The notes beneath the pieces are model-generated. The model saw nothing but the letters and a program-made list of their open reading frames with translations. It made no database searches and was not told the origin of the DNA. The position numbers were made by a program, and so were the translations under genes. A stretch of DNA of 64,000 bases from Octopus vulgaris (taxonomy: Eukaryota), in the NCBI GenBank assembly GCA_951406725.2, contig OX597816.1, forward strand, positions 61,814,001 to 61,878,000, given 5' to 3'. The first letter of the stretch is position 1. Each line of letters begins with the position of its first letter. This document shows, in pieces, positions 30,421-44,368 of the stretch.

Positions 30421-31107
30421 CGTACCACTGGGCGAAGGTTTAATAGCCGAGAAGGCGTCTATATCTGCCTGTTGCTATACAGGTACCTAACAAAAGCATG
30501 CTACGTGAGTGCCGGCTATATATGGAATCTAAATTTACATCAAATTTATAAGGGCTATTTTAGTCTCGATGGTAATATTAATATTAAACGAGTCAAGGTG
30601 TAAAGTACAGCATGCCATATGCAAAACATTCTTCAATAAGTAAAATTATCGTCTGAGAGTAAGATTGTCAGGAATCCAAGTAGCAATTATGTGTGACACT
30701 CAAAGAAAAGTTGATTAATTTCAAGAAATAGAAAGCTTATTAATCAAGGTTAATTCACACACATACTCGGTGGGAAGAACAATTTGGTGTTAGTTTACAG
30801 ACAAGGGACAAATATAGACAAGCTTCAATCCAATATAAAGTTGGTACAGAAAGAGTTCAAATTGAAATGTAAGCACCCGCAATTTTTCTCACGGCAATTA
30901 AGCTTATTTGTATTTTCTAACTAACCTTTTCTGATGTAAGCCATCATTAATCTGTTAATTTCCCCGAGCTCTTGTTTTATATTCACTACGTCTGGTCTAG
31001 TTTAGAGTGGTTTTTGATTAAGCGTCTCAATATAATACTTAACCTTCACTCACTATACATTCTAAAGTGAATGAAGTTTAAGGTTTTTATTTTAAACTTA
31101 AAATACT

Positions 31108-31503
31108 CTCTTTTTACTCTTTTACTTGTTTCAGTCATGTGACTGTGGCCATGCTGGAGCACCGCCTTTAGTCGAGCAAATCGACCCCAGGACTTATTCT
31201 TTGTAAGCCTAGTACTTATTCTATCGGTCTTTTTTGCCGAACCGCTAAGTTACGGGGACGTAAACACACCAGCATCGGTTGTCAAGCGATGTTGGGGGAC
31301 ACAGACACACAAACATATACACACACATGCATACATACATATACATATATACGACGAGCTTCTTTCAGTTTCCGTCTACCAAATCCACTTACAAGGCTTT
31401 GATCAGCCCGAGGCTATAGTAGAAGACACTTGCCCAAGGTGCCACGCAGTGGGACCGAACCCGGAACCCTGTGGTTGGTAAGCAAGCTACTTACCACACA
31501 GCC
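31108..31503 (-). mobile_element. SINE family B, near-consensus copy
   Basis: Reverse-complement match over the full length. Confidence 0.92.
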
Positions 31504-32259
31504 TATAATGTACAGAAAATATGTGAGTGATAAATTGGTTCTGATAGAATATATTTTATATAATTGTTTTATCGCTATATTCAGACCAAAATGTCTTTAA
31601 AGATTTATAATGAACGTTTATCAAATTGTCAAAGAATTCATATCGTAGGGACCTGATCAGCTGCGGCTTTCTTGCCAGAGACTGTTAAATTCATTGATGC
31701 TTTATGATGAAGAATGCTGAAAGTGATGTCCGTCTTTCAGGTGAAAAGTAACCGTTGGAAAATAGTGTACTCTGTATACTATTTTCAGACGCACGTTAAC
31801 AATGATTATTGTTAAACAAGCAAGTACGCAATTGCTGTGTACTTGCATGTTCAACTGGTACAACTGTATCAAATGGTACAGTTGATACAGTGCTTAAATA
31901 TCTACAAAGCAGATGTCTTTGCATCTCAGGTTCCATTCAATTCACTCTAGCACCAATGAATGGAATGGCACTAAAGAATATTTCGAAATCTAAAGGAATC
32001 TAACAGTCCGATCCCAAATAGGAACATGAATTTCCACAAGTCAGAATCCACTGCTTTCACTGCAGTTCACGTCTACAACCGCCGACTTCCTAAGTTCAGG
32101 ATTCGTCTTCACCTCGAGATCCAAATGTTTCCGAATATAGATTGCTACACCAACACATTTGAGAACTGAGTGAGGGGATACACTCAATAGTCACATAGCA
32201 AATGCGCAAAAGTGTACGGCCAGGTAATCCTAATCTCATTGATGGCTACTACAATTAAG

Positions 32260-32807
32260 GGGCATTCCGTCGGTTACGACGACAAGTGTCCTAGCTGATA
32301 CGATCAACGGAACGTGAAATTCTCTTCTACTCTAGGTCCGAAATTTTTGAGGAAAGGGGACAGTCGATCAGATCGACCCCAGTACACAATTGGTACTTAA
32401 TTTATCGACCCTGAAAGGATGAAAGGCGGAATATGAACTCGACCTCGGCGGAATATGAACTCAATACGTAAAGACGGAGGAAATACAGCTAAGCATTTCG
32501 CCCGGTGTGCTAACGTTTCTGCCAACTCACCGCCTTAGCTTGCTCGTGAAATTAACGTGCAAGTGGCTGAGCATTCCACAGAAACGTGTGCCCTTAACAT
32601 AGTTCTCAGGGAGATTCAGCGTGACACAAAGTGTGAAATGGTTGGCCCTTTGTAATACAGGTACAATTCATTTCTGCCAGCGGAGTGGACTGGAGCAACG
32701 TGAAATAAAGTGCATTACTCAAGGACATAACGCGTCGCCGGGAATTGAACTCACGACCTTACAGCCGTGAGCCGAATGCCCTAACCACTTAGCCACGTGC
32801 CTTCACG
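32260..32807 (-). mobile_element. Family C-type SINE interrupted by SINE-A (32322-32537, minus)
   Basis: tRNA-like head at 32740-32807 (GGCTAAGTGGTTAGGG...GAGTTCAATTCCC); CGTGAAATT recurs on both sides of the SINE-A insert. Confidence 0.8.
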
Positions 32808-34124
32808 CTATTACATCTACCCTGAGGGACTGGATGTAGCCTAGCAAGAGCACTTGTTGCTAAGTCAACCGTAGTCCAGGTGCATTTAAACAACGTACGC
32901 TTATCACCAGCCTATTATACACAAACATGAGGGAGGTAAAACCCACTCAAGTTTGTTTTATAGTTACGCACAACACCGTCGTCTTTGTAAAACGCTGCCT
33001 ACTGTACGTGGTAGTGCAATAGCTTTGGGCTCTCCTGAATGGAATCCAGTGTTCACCAATGCTTCTGAATTATTCAATGCTAGCTCTTCCCCACACACAT
33101 TTTAAGCACTTTTCTTCCCAGTAGTGTAGGGTTTTGGACTTCTCTCTTGCTTGGCATAACAGATAACGGTAAACGTTTACCGTTCATTTTGTTTACTATT
33201 ATCCATGAATATGCTTTGCTTTTCTCCGATTTCCCCTTTTTTTGTTTCAAGGGAGAGCTGCTTCCAGTTACGTGTACCTCCGACAAATGAATCGGTGTTT
33301 GTGGTTTTGGAGGTTTTATTAGCTGATATTAATTACTACTGGGGTTTCTCCTGTCGCTGATGCTGGCAGTGGATTTTTTTTTAATAATGGTGGTGCTTCC
33401 GTTGTGAGATCACACATAGCTGCTTGCGAGTATAACGGGAGTACAATTATTGGTGTTCTTGTTGAAACAGGGATGAGAAACATTTTCCTTGCTACAAATA
33501 ATCCCCATTAATACTGCGAGTAATAGGCGCTGCGGGTTCTATTGCTATGATGGTGGGGGCGCTGGTGAAGGAAACATTGACTGTGACCAAAGTGTTTTGG
33601 ATCTCAATGCTATAATTGCTGCTTTTGGTGACGTAAGGGGATTATCGCAAGTGTTAGCATCGACTTTTGCTATTTATCTCATATCATCTGCGACTGCGGC
33701 AGATGCCTTGCTTGTATGTTATAAAAAATTTAAAAACTAAAATTTCATAACAAACTATTTCACAATGTAAGTGAACCGCATTAAAGTAAGTAAACAAGAA
33801 AATTGATCAGCTGTCTCAATTCCTGCTCATCGTGCGAACAAACCAAATAGTAAATAACAATACCTTAGTCAGGTGTAAACAACGGACATTCCATAAAAAC
33901 ATTATTAATAAAGAACCTTTCTGTACACAAAGGATATGTGGCGTTTGTGCTGAAAACGAATTTCTATGATAATAATCACAACAGCAGCAAGTATTAATGA
34001 TGATAACGGCGATTATGATAATGATGGGGATGATGACGAGGAGGCTGAAATAATAACATTATAAACAACGAAAATAAAAATAAAAATAAAAATAAAAATA
34101 ATAGTAATGTAAAATAACGATAAC

Positions 34125-34460
34125 CTAATTACCAAAAGAAGTCTGCAGTCTAACACAACTCTAGACATCTTAAAAAAGTAGAAAACATCTACAATTAGTT
34201 TGGACAGCTATCTTCAAAGAAAACAAGATACAATTAAAAATACAAGACTGACGACAATGATAGGAAAAAAAAATACGAAGTAAAATCTTCGTGCTATACA
34301 TAACAAAGCAAAAAGAAAAGCAGGATACATAAGAGAAATAAGCACATCAACATCACACATAGCAGAAAAGCAAACTCATTAATACATAAATACACTGACT
34401 GGAATTCGAAGTGTTTTTAGCATTTGTCTGCACCGGTATGAATCAATTAAATAAAAGGAA
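34125..34460 (+). mobile_element. Possible very degenerate R4/Dong-like fragment
   Basis: Interrupted translation LPKE..SLTQL*TS*K..STISLDSYLQ resembles GRGLIQLENYYKITTIGLQKYLLQ of the 25262 ORF; follows a TAA-rich tract. Confidence 0.3.
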
Positions 34461-34556
34461 AATGCTATGTGGAGAGGGAATATGATGTGTTTTGAGTAGA
34501 TCCACGGCACTTTAATATAAACGTCAGGTTCTTCATTAATAAGTATATTGCAGTAA

Positions 34557-34598
<42 letters not shown>

Positions 34599-34854
34599 GC
34601 ATATATATATATGTATATATATATGTATATATATATATATCTATAGATGTATATATATATATGTATGTATGTATGTATCAATGTATATATATATGTATGT
34701 ATGTATGTATGTATCAATGTATATATATATATATATATATATAGTGTGAGGCATTTATGTGTAATAATGCCCTCTATACAATATATATATATGTATATAT
34801 ATATGTGTATATATATATAGATGTATATATATATATGTATGTATGTATGTATCA

Positions 34855-34915
<61 letters not shown>

Positions 34916-35236
34916 AATGTATATATATATATGTCATTATCCAGTTTATTTCAAGAATTCTTGCCAATAAAGAACCGGTTTCCAACCTAGATCCAAGGTT
35001 CCTTCACTGGAATTTCGACATCAACAAGGTATTTTTGTATGTGTGTATATTTGTATGTATGTATGTATGTATGTATGTATGTATGTATGTATGTATGTAT
35101 GTATGTACGTATGTATGTACGTATGTATGTAAGCATGTATGTATGCATGTATATATGAAGGTCCAGAATTGTATGTTTTATGTATGTATTCTCATGCATA
35201 TATTTGCATATGTAGACATCCTCATATATCTCTAAA

Positions 35237-35606
35237 CTAGCACTATGACCCGGCAACACCGGGTCATAGTGCTAGTGCATGCATATACAGCTGTGTGCGT
35301 GCGCACATACACGCGAGTACTGTCCAAATCTCCGACCAATCACATACAGCTAGCTGGCATTCAATTGGCGTATCAAGATTCGGGCAGTTTGATTGGATTT
35401 TGGATAGAAAATTGACAAAAATGTCACTTCTATTGATTTTTTAATGGCTTTGCAGGGTGACAGGGAAAATGTAAAGATGTGCACGACCACTCTTGGACGG
35501 TTTTGAATGACCATAGAAAATACGAGCCCTCTAACTGAAAAATTGTGGATTTGTATAAAGGATACACATACACACACATACATTTTGCCGTTTATATATA
35601 TAGAGA
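35237..35606 (-). mobile_element. Non-autonomous Helitron-like element
   Basis: Minus strand begins TCTCTATATATATAAACGG and ends with a GC-rich hairpin and CTAG followed by T; no TIR or TSD; non-coding. Confidence 0.7.
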
Positions 35607-35611
35607 CGATA

Positions 35612-35845
35612 AACTTCTAGAAAGTTTTACAGATTTTTTACAGTTCTAGTGACGGATTAGATCTGTAGTCTTCGAATTTGCTTTCTCTTTTCTGGTTTTG
35701 GACAACTGCATATGGTGTGGGCGATATCTTCGGAATCGACTTCACAATGTCTGCATCAATTGTCACATATTGGTATTCTTCCTGCATCTCAATCTGTTTT
35801 GTGTATCAGGTATTTGGTTGATATTTTTTGTTCCTGGATTGCAAA
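35612..35845 (-). mobile_element. Internally deleted R4-like RLE retrotransposon fragment
   Basis: Minus translation AIQEQKISTKYL...CRHCEVDSEDIAHTICSCPK (CCHC knuckle) followed by a C-terminal-like SVTRTVK. Confidence 0.65.
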
Positions 35846-36315
35846 CGCATATCCTTGTATGTCTGTATGATTGTATGTATGTAAGTAGGTATGTGTGTGT
35901 GTTTTGTATTTATGTACGTTAACTTTAAGTGGAACCCTCATCGTCGTAAGCGACGGAGAACCAGTTAATGTATGTTTGTATATAGATTCGGGAGTTACTT
36001 ATAACTTTTGCATTGCAGATCTCAAACTGGTTACTAACAAAACGACAAGGCAGTTTGTGGTTATCGGAAGTGCCTGATGTATGCATATATGAGTGTGCGT
36101 GCGGTAAAACTTGTAGTCGTGTTGTAAGTGGATGACTACCAAGGTACTACACAAGCGCATGTATGTGGTCATACTTCATTAATGTTTATTAAAATGCGTG
36201 CATGTGTATTCCATGGGTGCATATGATCGTGTGCATATATTCATCCACGAATCTCAAACGAAGTATTCCTGAAATGTTTTACAAATTTTACCGACGGTGT
36301 GTCATATAATGTATG

Positions 36316-36410
<95 letters not shown>

Positions 36411-36989
36411 ATGTATGTATGTATGTATGCATGCATGTGTGTGTGCGCGTGTTTTTCCTTTTTTATTTATTAGAATTCTTCCTAGAAGGTGGGATCTGGT
36501 TTATAACAAAGAGACAAAAAAGCCTATCACTGGAATTTGGATAAAAATGACAATAATTATTACAAATTTAACCTTAGGAAAATCTTGCTGAATTTTTCTG
36601 TTCCGCTTACGGATTGCATGTGTAAAGTGTGTGCTGACCTGTCTCTTTCTTTCTTTGAAATTTCTTTCTTTCCCAGATTATTACTTAGACATTGACTGAC
36701 ATAATGAAGACCATCGATAACCATTATTATGAATGTGAATTTGTAATATGAGTAGAAGAAATATTTGAAAATATTTACCTTATTACTGACTTTAGATCAG
36801 TTGCTCATATTTTCGGGACACCTAAACTTTGCGACTAAATCTAATTTTTGGTTTGTGACTTAAATTAATATACCAGGGATTCTTTTCTTTGAACTTCATA
36901 TTCTGAATGTAAAGAGCAGGAATAACTACAGCGAAGAATTTCGTACGATTCTCCATCGACTCTTTCAGTTCGCTGCATTATAATATGCT

Positions 36990-37197
36990 TTCTACTAAAG
37001 GTACAAGGCCTGGAATTTGTGGGGAGGGGAATATTCGATCACATCGACCCAAGTTCTTGACTGGTATTCAATTTATCAACGCGAAATGATAAAAGGCAAA
37101 GTCGACCTTAGTGGAATTTGAACTCAGAACGTAAAGACGGGCGAGTTGCTGCTAGGTATTTTACTCGGTGAGATAACGATCTGCTACCTTGTCGCCT
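36990..37197 (-). mobile_element. SINE family A, older tail type, degenerate
   Basis: AAAGGCAAAGTCGACC...GAATTTGAACTCAGAACG match; GGCCTTGTACC-type tail. Confidence 0.78.
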
Positions 37198-38683
37198 GAA
37201 TGTAGTTTAATGCTGGCATTTTACTTATAAAACTAGCATATTGTCCACTGATCATGTATGGATCCGTTCCGTTATTAAGGCGAAGTAGTATGCCGTGAAT
37301 AGAATTTGTTTAGTGTTTTTAGAATGCATTAATTCAGCATGACACGTACTGACTATGTCCCTTCTCTAGGCTTTCAAGATTAATAGAAGTAAAAGCCTAG
37401 TCCGAATGCTTTCAAAAGAGCAGATAGAATTTGTAAACGGTACTTAAAAAACCAGGAGATGGTATTAAACCAAACGACGAAGGCATTTGACCAAAGTGCT
37501 ACGTAATGGAATTGAACCTGAAACCACATATTTGTGAATCAAATTAGTCGTACAATTATACCTGCGTCGGTTGGAACTTCAGAAAAAAAGATAAACTTAG
37601 TATTCTTTACATTATAACTTCCTTTCATTGAAGAATTTTTCTGCAAAACGCTCGTTGATTTTACTTATCGTTAATCTCATCGAATTGGAATTCGTTTTAT
37701 CACAGAACGAAAGAATGAATTGATTGAAGGATTTCTGACATGAACTTTATTAATTTAATGCTGCAGTGATATCTTCCTTGTTATTTTCGCCACACATCTT
37801 ACTTTTCATCTATTTAGTGTGGCTTAGAAACATTCTAATTTCTATGTTTGATGGCACATCACATTCTACAGGCTCGCTTTACATACCATAAAAACAATTT
37901 TTCTTTACAGGGCATCAAGGTTTATGCTGCACTAAAACACTTTTCCATGAACAGTAGATTCCAAAACAGTTTGAAATGTGTATTTGAAAGCGATGATATA
38001 CAACGGATGAGATAAAAGCTAATACATCACTGTCACCAATGACAAAGCCTCGCTAAGATGGATGTGAGCTGACCTGTGTATCATGTCGAACAGAAAAGAT
38101 TATATCAATATCAGAGGTAAAAACATTCGCAGATACGACCTGTAAATGAGAAAAGTAAAAACGTGTAAAATGAAAAATAAGATTTGAAGATCTTATAGAA
38201 GGACAGCTTCTAGTATAAAGCATTAAATACGTATGAAACTTGATGACCTGCTTAGGACATTTCATAGATCAATTATAAAAGAAATCAATCTCCGAAAGTA
38301 TTATAGATATAATATATGGGTATATAGATAGGTATTGTACGAAGTTTCGGAGTGAAACTTGTTTTGGAGGTCTATTTATTAAATTTTTCATGTTATTTTT
38401 AGCCCAGTTCACCGATAATTGAGCAGAGCTTCCTAGCCGTAACGATCCCTTCTTTTGTCCAGACTCATTGGAAATAAAACTGCGATATCTAATATATATG
38501 TTCTTTAAGGTGGTGAGATGTGATAGAGATTTGGGTGCTATATTTTTTAAGTCGAGCATCTGACTGCAGTTTCCTTGCTAGCGTGTTCCATTTTCCCCTA
38601 TTTACGGATGTGGTAATTAGAAAGAGAGATGACTAGAGAATAAAAGATTATCTTATGGACTTCATTAGCTAGCAGCTGTTTCT

Positions 38684-39066
38684 TATTTCTTTACTACCCA
38701 AAAGGGACAAACAAGAACAGACAAACGGATTAAGTCGATTACATCGACCCCAGTGCGTAACTGGTACTTAATTTATCGACCCCGAAAGGATGAAAGGCAA
38801 AGTGGACCTCGGCGGAATTTGAACTCAGAACGTAACGACAGACGAAATACCTATTTCTTTACTACCCACAAGGGGCTAAACACAGAGGGACAAACAAGAA
38901 CAGACAAACGGATTAAGTCGATTACATCGACCCCAGTGTGTAACTGGTACTTAATTTATCGACAAAGTGGACCTCGGCGGAATTTGAACTCAGAACGTAA
39001 CGATAGACGAAATACTGCTAAGCATTTCGCCCGGCATGCTAACGTTTCTGCCAGCTCGTCGCCTTC
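38684..39066 (-). mobile_element. SINE family A dimer with TSD
   Basis: AGCTA(G/A)CAGCTGTTTCT flanks both ends; two body units. Confidence 0.88.
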
Positions 39067-39364
39067 AGCTAACAGCTGTTTCTGCTATAAGATGCAATGC
39101 ACTCATAGATAAATGCCTGAATGACACCCTATCGCTTCATCGGAGCCTCGAATATGAAGTGATGTTTATTTGGGAAAGAATTACATTTGTGCATATATAG
39201 GGAACGGCATCAACAATGTGTGAAATCAATACAGATTTATATCAGAAAGATGCGTATCCAAAATGTAATCAAATGTATTAATGGAAATATTAGTATATAT
39301 ACATACATATATATATAATTATAATTATGTATATAAGATATATATATATATATATATATATATA

Positions 39365-39565
39365 GGGGGAGAGTTCACGAAAAAAACAAAAGATGAAGAC
39401 AGGTGGTGTACAAAACAAACAGATGTATTAGTATAACGCTAAGGAATAGAAAAGGTCTTTTACGTTTCGAGCCTACGCGCTTCTGCAGAAAGGGACACAG
39501 AAAACACAAGGAGAGAAACAAGGGAGAAAAAAATGTTTGTAGTGGCTACCGATCTATCGTGGCGA
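39365..39565 (-). mobile_element. Short (TA)n-embedded element with a mutated minimal hammerhead motif
   Basis: Minus 39492-39457: CTTT/CTGCAGA/A-GCGC-GTAG-GCTC/GAAA/CGT/A/AAAG. Confidence 0.6.
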
Positions 39566-40182
39566 TATATATACAAGTATGCAGGCACTCTGAGGCACCC
39601 GCTGATAAAAAAACAAACAAACAGACACACGCACCGGCACATACGTACACGTGCATCTGTGTAGCCAGACACACGGAGGTTGGATAGGAAGACAGTTGAG
39701 AGCACAAGATCCACATTATATACGCTTTATAGTATTTAATAACGTCTGTTAATGCTATAAGTACAAGTCCTACTCAGTTGATTAGCATTCTCAAATAGAT
39801 AAAATACCTGCCAGTTATCAATCGGTACCTATACTAATCGGCCATACACTCACCCTCTGACAAAGTATAACGCAGACAAAATTTACGATATATTTTTTTA
39901 GAGCAGATTATGTTGAAATTTTCCGTGTCAGTTTTCGAATGCTTGAAAACTATCCAATGTATGCATCTAGTTGCACGGTTGTTCTCGTATAAATTATCTG
40001 TATTGGTGTATTTCCAAGATACTCTCTGAGCATCTAAAATACTCTCTGAGTATGTGCAGATCCGTTTCACGATGTCTTGGGAATACTCGTCATATAGCAT
40101 CCATTTAGTTTCTAAGGATTGTTTTTTTTTTAGTAGTCTCAATTGTAGAGTCACTGATTGTTAACTACAATTATTAAAGCTA

Positions 40183-40748
40183 TTGGGTTGTCCGGAAAGT
40201 TCGTGCCGATTTTTAAAGGAAAGACAAAGGTCCATAAAAACTTGCCATTACATTTTTAATCAACCAAATATGAACCATTTTGTTGCACAATGCATCTCCA
40301 TCTTTCCTTTAACTTGAAAATACCCTCTTCCCAGAATTAAGGTGGTTCCATGGCAAAGAATTCATGAAGGTATCTTTTTACGTCATTCAAGGAATTGAAA
40401 TTTTTACCGTTAAGACTATTCTGCAGAGACTTGAATAAATGGAAATCCGAAGGAGCAATATCTGGTGAATATGGAGGGTAGGGTAACATTTCCCAGCCGA
40501 GCTGCAGCAATTTTTATCTGGTTCCCAAAGCATCAAGTGCCGAAAATTAACTTTTTAATCTTCCATTTTAAAGGGTTATAGAATTAACACAGGTTGTAGG
40601 AACATAAATATTCTTCCACGAACAGATAGATTAAACTGTGCTCTAAATGGAGGTGTAGTCAAATCCTATTTTATGGACTCAACCATGTTCTAAAATAAGT
40701 CGAAAGGTAAGCTACCATAAATCGGCACGAACTTTCCGGACAACCCAA
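40183..40748 (-). mobile_element. Internally deleted mariner (MITE-like) with perfect 30-bp TIRs and TA TSD
   Basis: TTGGGTTGTCCGGAAAGTTCGTGCCGATTT (40183-40212) and its exact reverse complement (40719-40748), each flanked by TA. Minus strand encodes WEMLPYPPYSPDIAPSDFHLFKSLQNSLNGKNF. Confidence 0.95.
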
Positions 40749-40775
40749 TATTTTATAAAAAAATTTGTGTGACAA

Positions 40776-40820
40776 ACTACAACGAAAACAACAAAAACAA
40801 AAACAGCAACAACAACAAGA

Positions 40821-40869
<49 letters not shown>

Positions 40870-40897
40870 TTACTACTGCTGCTGCTGCTGCTGCTGC
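40776..40897. repeat. (AAC)n/(TAC)n/(TGC)n compound microsatellite
   Basis: Direct periodicity. Confidence 0.92.
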
Positions 40898-43054
40898 ATT
40901 AGATATTTTATTTGCGAATATATTTACATGAAAAGTATATTGTCGAAATATTTATACATGCAGTTATTTCAGCCTAAAACATAACATTTCCACCCCAACC
41001 CAACCTACTCCACCCTCCTGTTACTATTAACTTTAAAGGTTATTCACCATTGTTGCATTATCGAAGAGTTGGTGCCAGATTTGGCTTGTGACATTAGTTC
41101 TTCATCATTGGACTAAATCACTTAGTGAGAAATCATTGAACGGTTACGTGAAGCAGATTACATTAACTGCGATAGCTGACAGCCAAGAAAGAGAATACAT
41201 AACCAAAACCTTTCATTGGAACTGCACATGAATGTATGAGAACGTTCTGAAGATTTATGATCTGTTTCAACATTTTCGTGAAGAGTATTTAAGAGATAAG
41301 CATTAATTTTATATTTTATCTGCTAGCACACTGTAATTAGCGAACCTGAGAAACCTCGTGTATGTGTGTCTAGCCGTGACGATGTATTTTATGCATGTCG
41401 TAGTATGTTTATATGTATATATGTATGAATCTACGTATACATGTATATGTGTATACATGTATGTGGTTCTGAGTTTATTTTAAAGATTTCAGTAAATATA
41501 GAGACAGTCTCCAAGCCAGAATCAAAGCCTTTCATTGGGATTTAGACAACATCAAATAAATAGTCATTTGTGCATGCATGCATATGTATGCAAGCATGTA
41601 TCAGTATTCGTATGCATGTATGTGCGCATACACACTGAATTGCAATACGGAATGTCTCTAATTACACGTGTGCATGCATGAATGCACGTTACTGTATGTG
41701 CGATTCTGTATATTGTAAGGCAGATATGTGTACATATAAATATGTTTGCATGTATAAATGCGTGCATAGATGTATACTCAGGCGAAACTTCTGGAATGTA
41801 TGTATAGCTACAAATGCAAAACTATGTTTAATTTGATTGGTTTTTATACTGCATTTACGAGTGCCACAAAACCATTTTCTTCCACCAATGATATTGCAGC
41901 TAACAGTTACACTCCCTCATATGTGCACATACATTCATAACTAAATAACATTGAGTAACATTAAAACATGGTAAGAAACCAACGATGCAATGAAGGGAAC
42001 TACTCACTATAGCAAATCAATCCTGTTCAGAAGCAACCAACTCTTTAAAAGGAAACCGACCATCATAAACCAAACCAACCAAAATAATGAGAAACATCCC
42101 AAAAGTTAAACGACTATCATAAACATGAAAAACCGACAGAATTTTGCCACCAAAACTACAATAACCAACCACCAGAATCACATCACACGATGCCATGAAG
42201 ATATCTCAACTTCAAATATTCTAATTCTTCACATGCTACTACTACTTAGCTGTCTCCAGACCCATTACTTTCAAACCTCACATTTTTAGCTTTTGATCAT
42301 GGGAAATTGGTTTCTTCTTCAAAGCGAAGGAATACACGAGATTATGATATTTAATACTTTGTCGCATATATAAAACTGTAATATTCACTGACAATATCAT
42401 CTGAATTTGACCCCGTTGCTCAGCACTTCGTGAATTCGAGAGCATGTCGCTTAATATTTACTCCATTCTGCTTAAGCCTTGCAAGCGAAATGGAATTGGT
42501 AGAAACATCTACCAAGACCATTTTGAACTCAACATTCCAGCTCAGTAACGAGCTGATTTTAGCTGAGCATTACATTAAAAATACAAATTCGGAATACTCA
42601 GTCAGCAGTTAATGTAGCTTCATTGATCGAACTAACAGAACAATACTTAGTCGAAACGTACGATTATATTATCCCATTATATTTAATATTGAAGCTATAG
42701 CACTAGGCCCCAGTCATTGGCATAATAAACACATTTTTTCAAACATTATTCCGTAACAATCTTTTGTGCTAATGATATTATTCATTGTTCAGTGTTTTTT
42801 CAGTATTGAAAATGTAATACAAAGTACGGTCCATTTCAACCATAAAAAGAATTTATATAAAAAATAAACTGATGATATTTCTTTCAATAATAAGGACGCC
42901 TAGAATTGAAGCTTGGCCTATTGACGTCTTTTTCCACTGATTCTATAGGAGTTAATCCTATACAAGTAAGATTTCTTTTGCATAATGAAAAGAAAATAGT
43001 GCTTCTACTTCTCCATGACCCTGCAGAGGATCCGGAGAAATAAAAAAAAAGCAA

Positions 43055-43360
43055 GATATGTTTCTTTATTAGCAACACAGGGCTGAACAGAGATGGGACA
43101 TTACAAAGTAGAGCTTTTCTTTTTGGGGAGGGGATAAAAGTGGGGTAGGTTTTCGATCAAAAGGGATCGTAAAAAAGGAAAGAAAAAGAAAAAAAAAGCG
43201 ATCAATAGGGATCGTGTATCACAGAAATGTCATGATGTAAAGTGTAAAGGGGGAGACAGATAAGGTTTATCCATGGAACGAAAAGCCTACGGTAAAGACC
43301 ACGGTAACCTCGGTCAATAATGTCACATGTTAACACATTTATTTGCAAGTAAGTAACTCT
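43055..43360 (-). mobile_element. 3'UTR-only copy of the Tx1/L1-like element
   Basis: Reverse complement matches ~14640-14998 (TTGACCGAGGTTACCGTGGTCTT, GCTAATAAAGAAACATATC); 5' junction abuts (GATA)n/(GA)n at 43361-43525. Confidence 0.85.
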
Positions 43361-43367
43361 CAGATAA

Positions 43368-43404
<37 letters not shown>

Positions 43405-43461
43405 GAGATTGATAGATAGAGAGAGATAGAGATAGAGATAGAGAGATAGAGAGAGAGAGAG

Positions 43462-43521
<60 letters not shown>

Positions 43522-44315
43522 TGAGAGAAGAAACGGAGAATCGACTCCATACCTTGTTTTGTACTGGATTGATTATGGAAGGATAGGAGGGAGCTGACAG
43601 TAGGATTTGAATTTGGCGTGCAGAGAGCTGGAACAAATATCGCAAGGGATTTTGTCCAAGGCTTTAACATCACACCCAATAACAGACAAAAGATACCTTT
43701 TAACTCTGTCGAGTTTAATTAACGTGATGATATTCCTCACTCTGTGTTTCTCAACACCTCTATATTCTATTCCATAATTCACAGAGCAAAATATGTCTGC
43801 AGTCATCCTTTGGGAAACCACCTCACAATAGATTTCTTAACGTTATCCTAGCTTTGTTATTCACGCTGTGTAGTGCATACATGTTTATTAACTATGAACG
43901 CACAGTAAGCATATTTGGACATTAAAGCTAAATTCAGATTTGTTCTTGATTGAAATAGCAATCGCTATGGTGTTCTCTTTGTCGGCATATGCATGATCAC
44001 TTGTCCTCTTATGAACGATTGAAATATAGTGAAACATGTCTGGTGAATCTCCCATATTTTTCTTTGTAAAAACAAAGAGACAAAATGTATTAATATCAGT
44101 TTCGGGTTTCACAGCGAAGGCTTAAAATGTAGTTTAATTATTATAGATAATTTTCTCAGATTTTTTTTCTTTACTTTATATTGTGTTCTGTACATATGGC
44201 TAAGTAGTTCACTATATAACCATGTAGAACCTCGGCCGATTGTCTGCTATAAAAGCTCCGGACAGACCAGTGCATTGCGAGGGAACTTCGTAATCGAAAA
44301 CCGTATGCAAACTTG

Positions 44316-44368
<53 letters not shown>

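Noticed and set aside
33080-33740. GC-richer, coding-looking segment
   Set aside because: Multiple stops in the frames I translated and no motif recognised; probably an old repeat.
34960-35012. Hammerhead-like GAAACCGGUU with stem II on the minus strand (relative near 41505-41545)
   Set aside because: Core reads GUGAAGG and stem I is not adjacent; too degenerate to call.
39834-40154. 106-aa minus ORF with VSWK...NLY, RTE-like
   Set aside because: Only a faint resemblance to a LINE C-terminus; not supportable.
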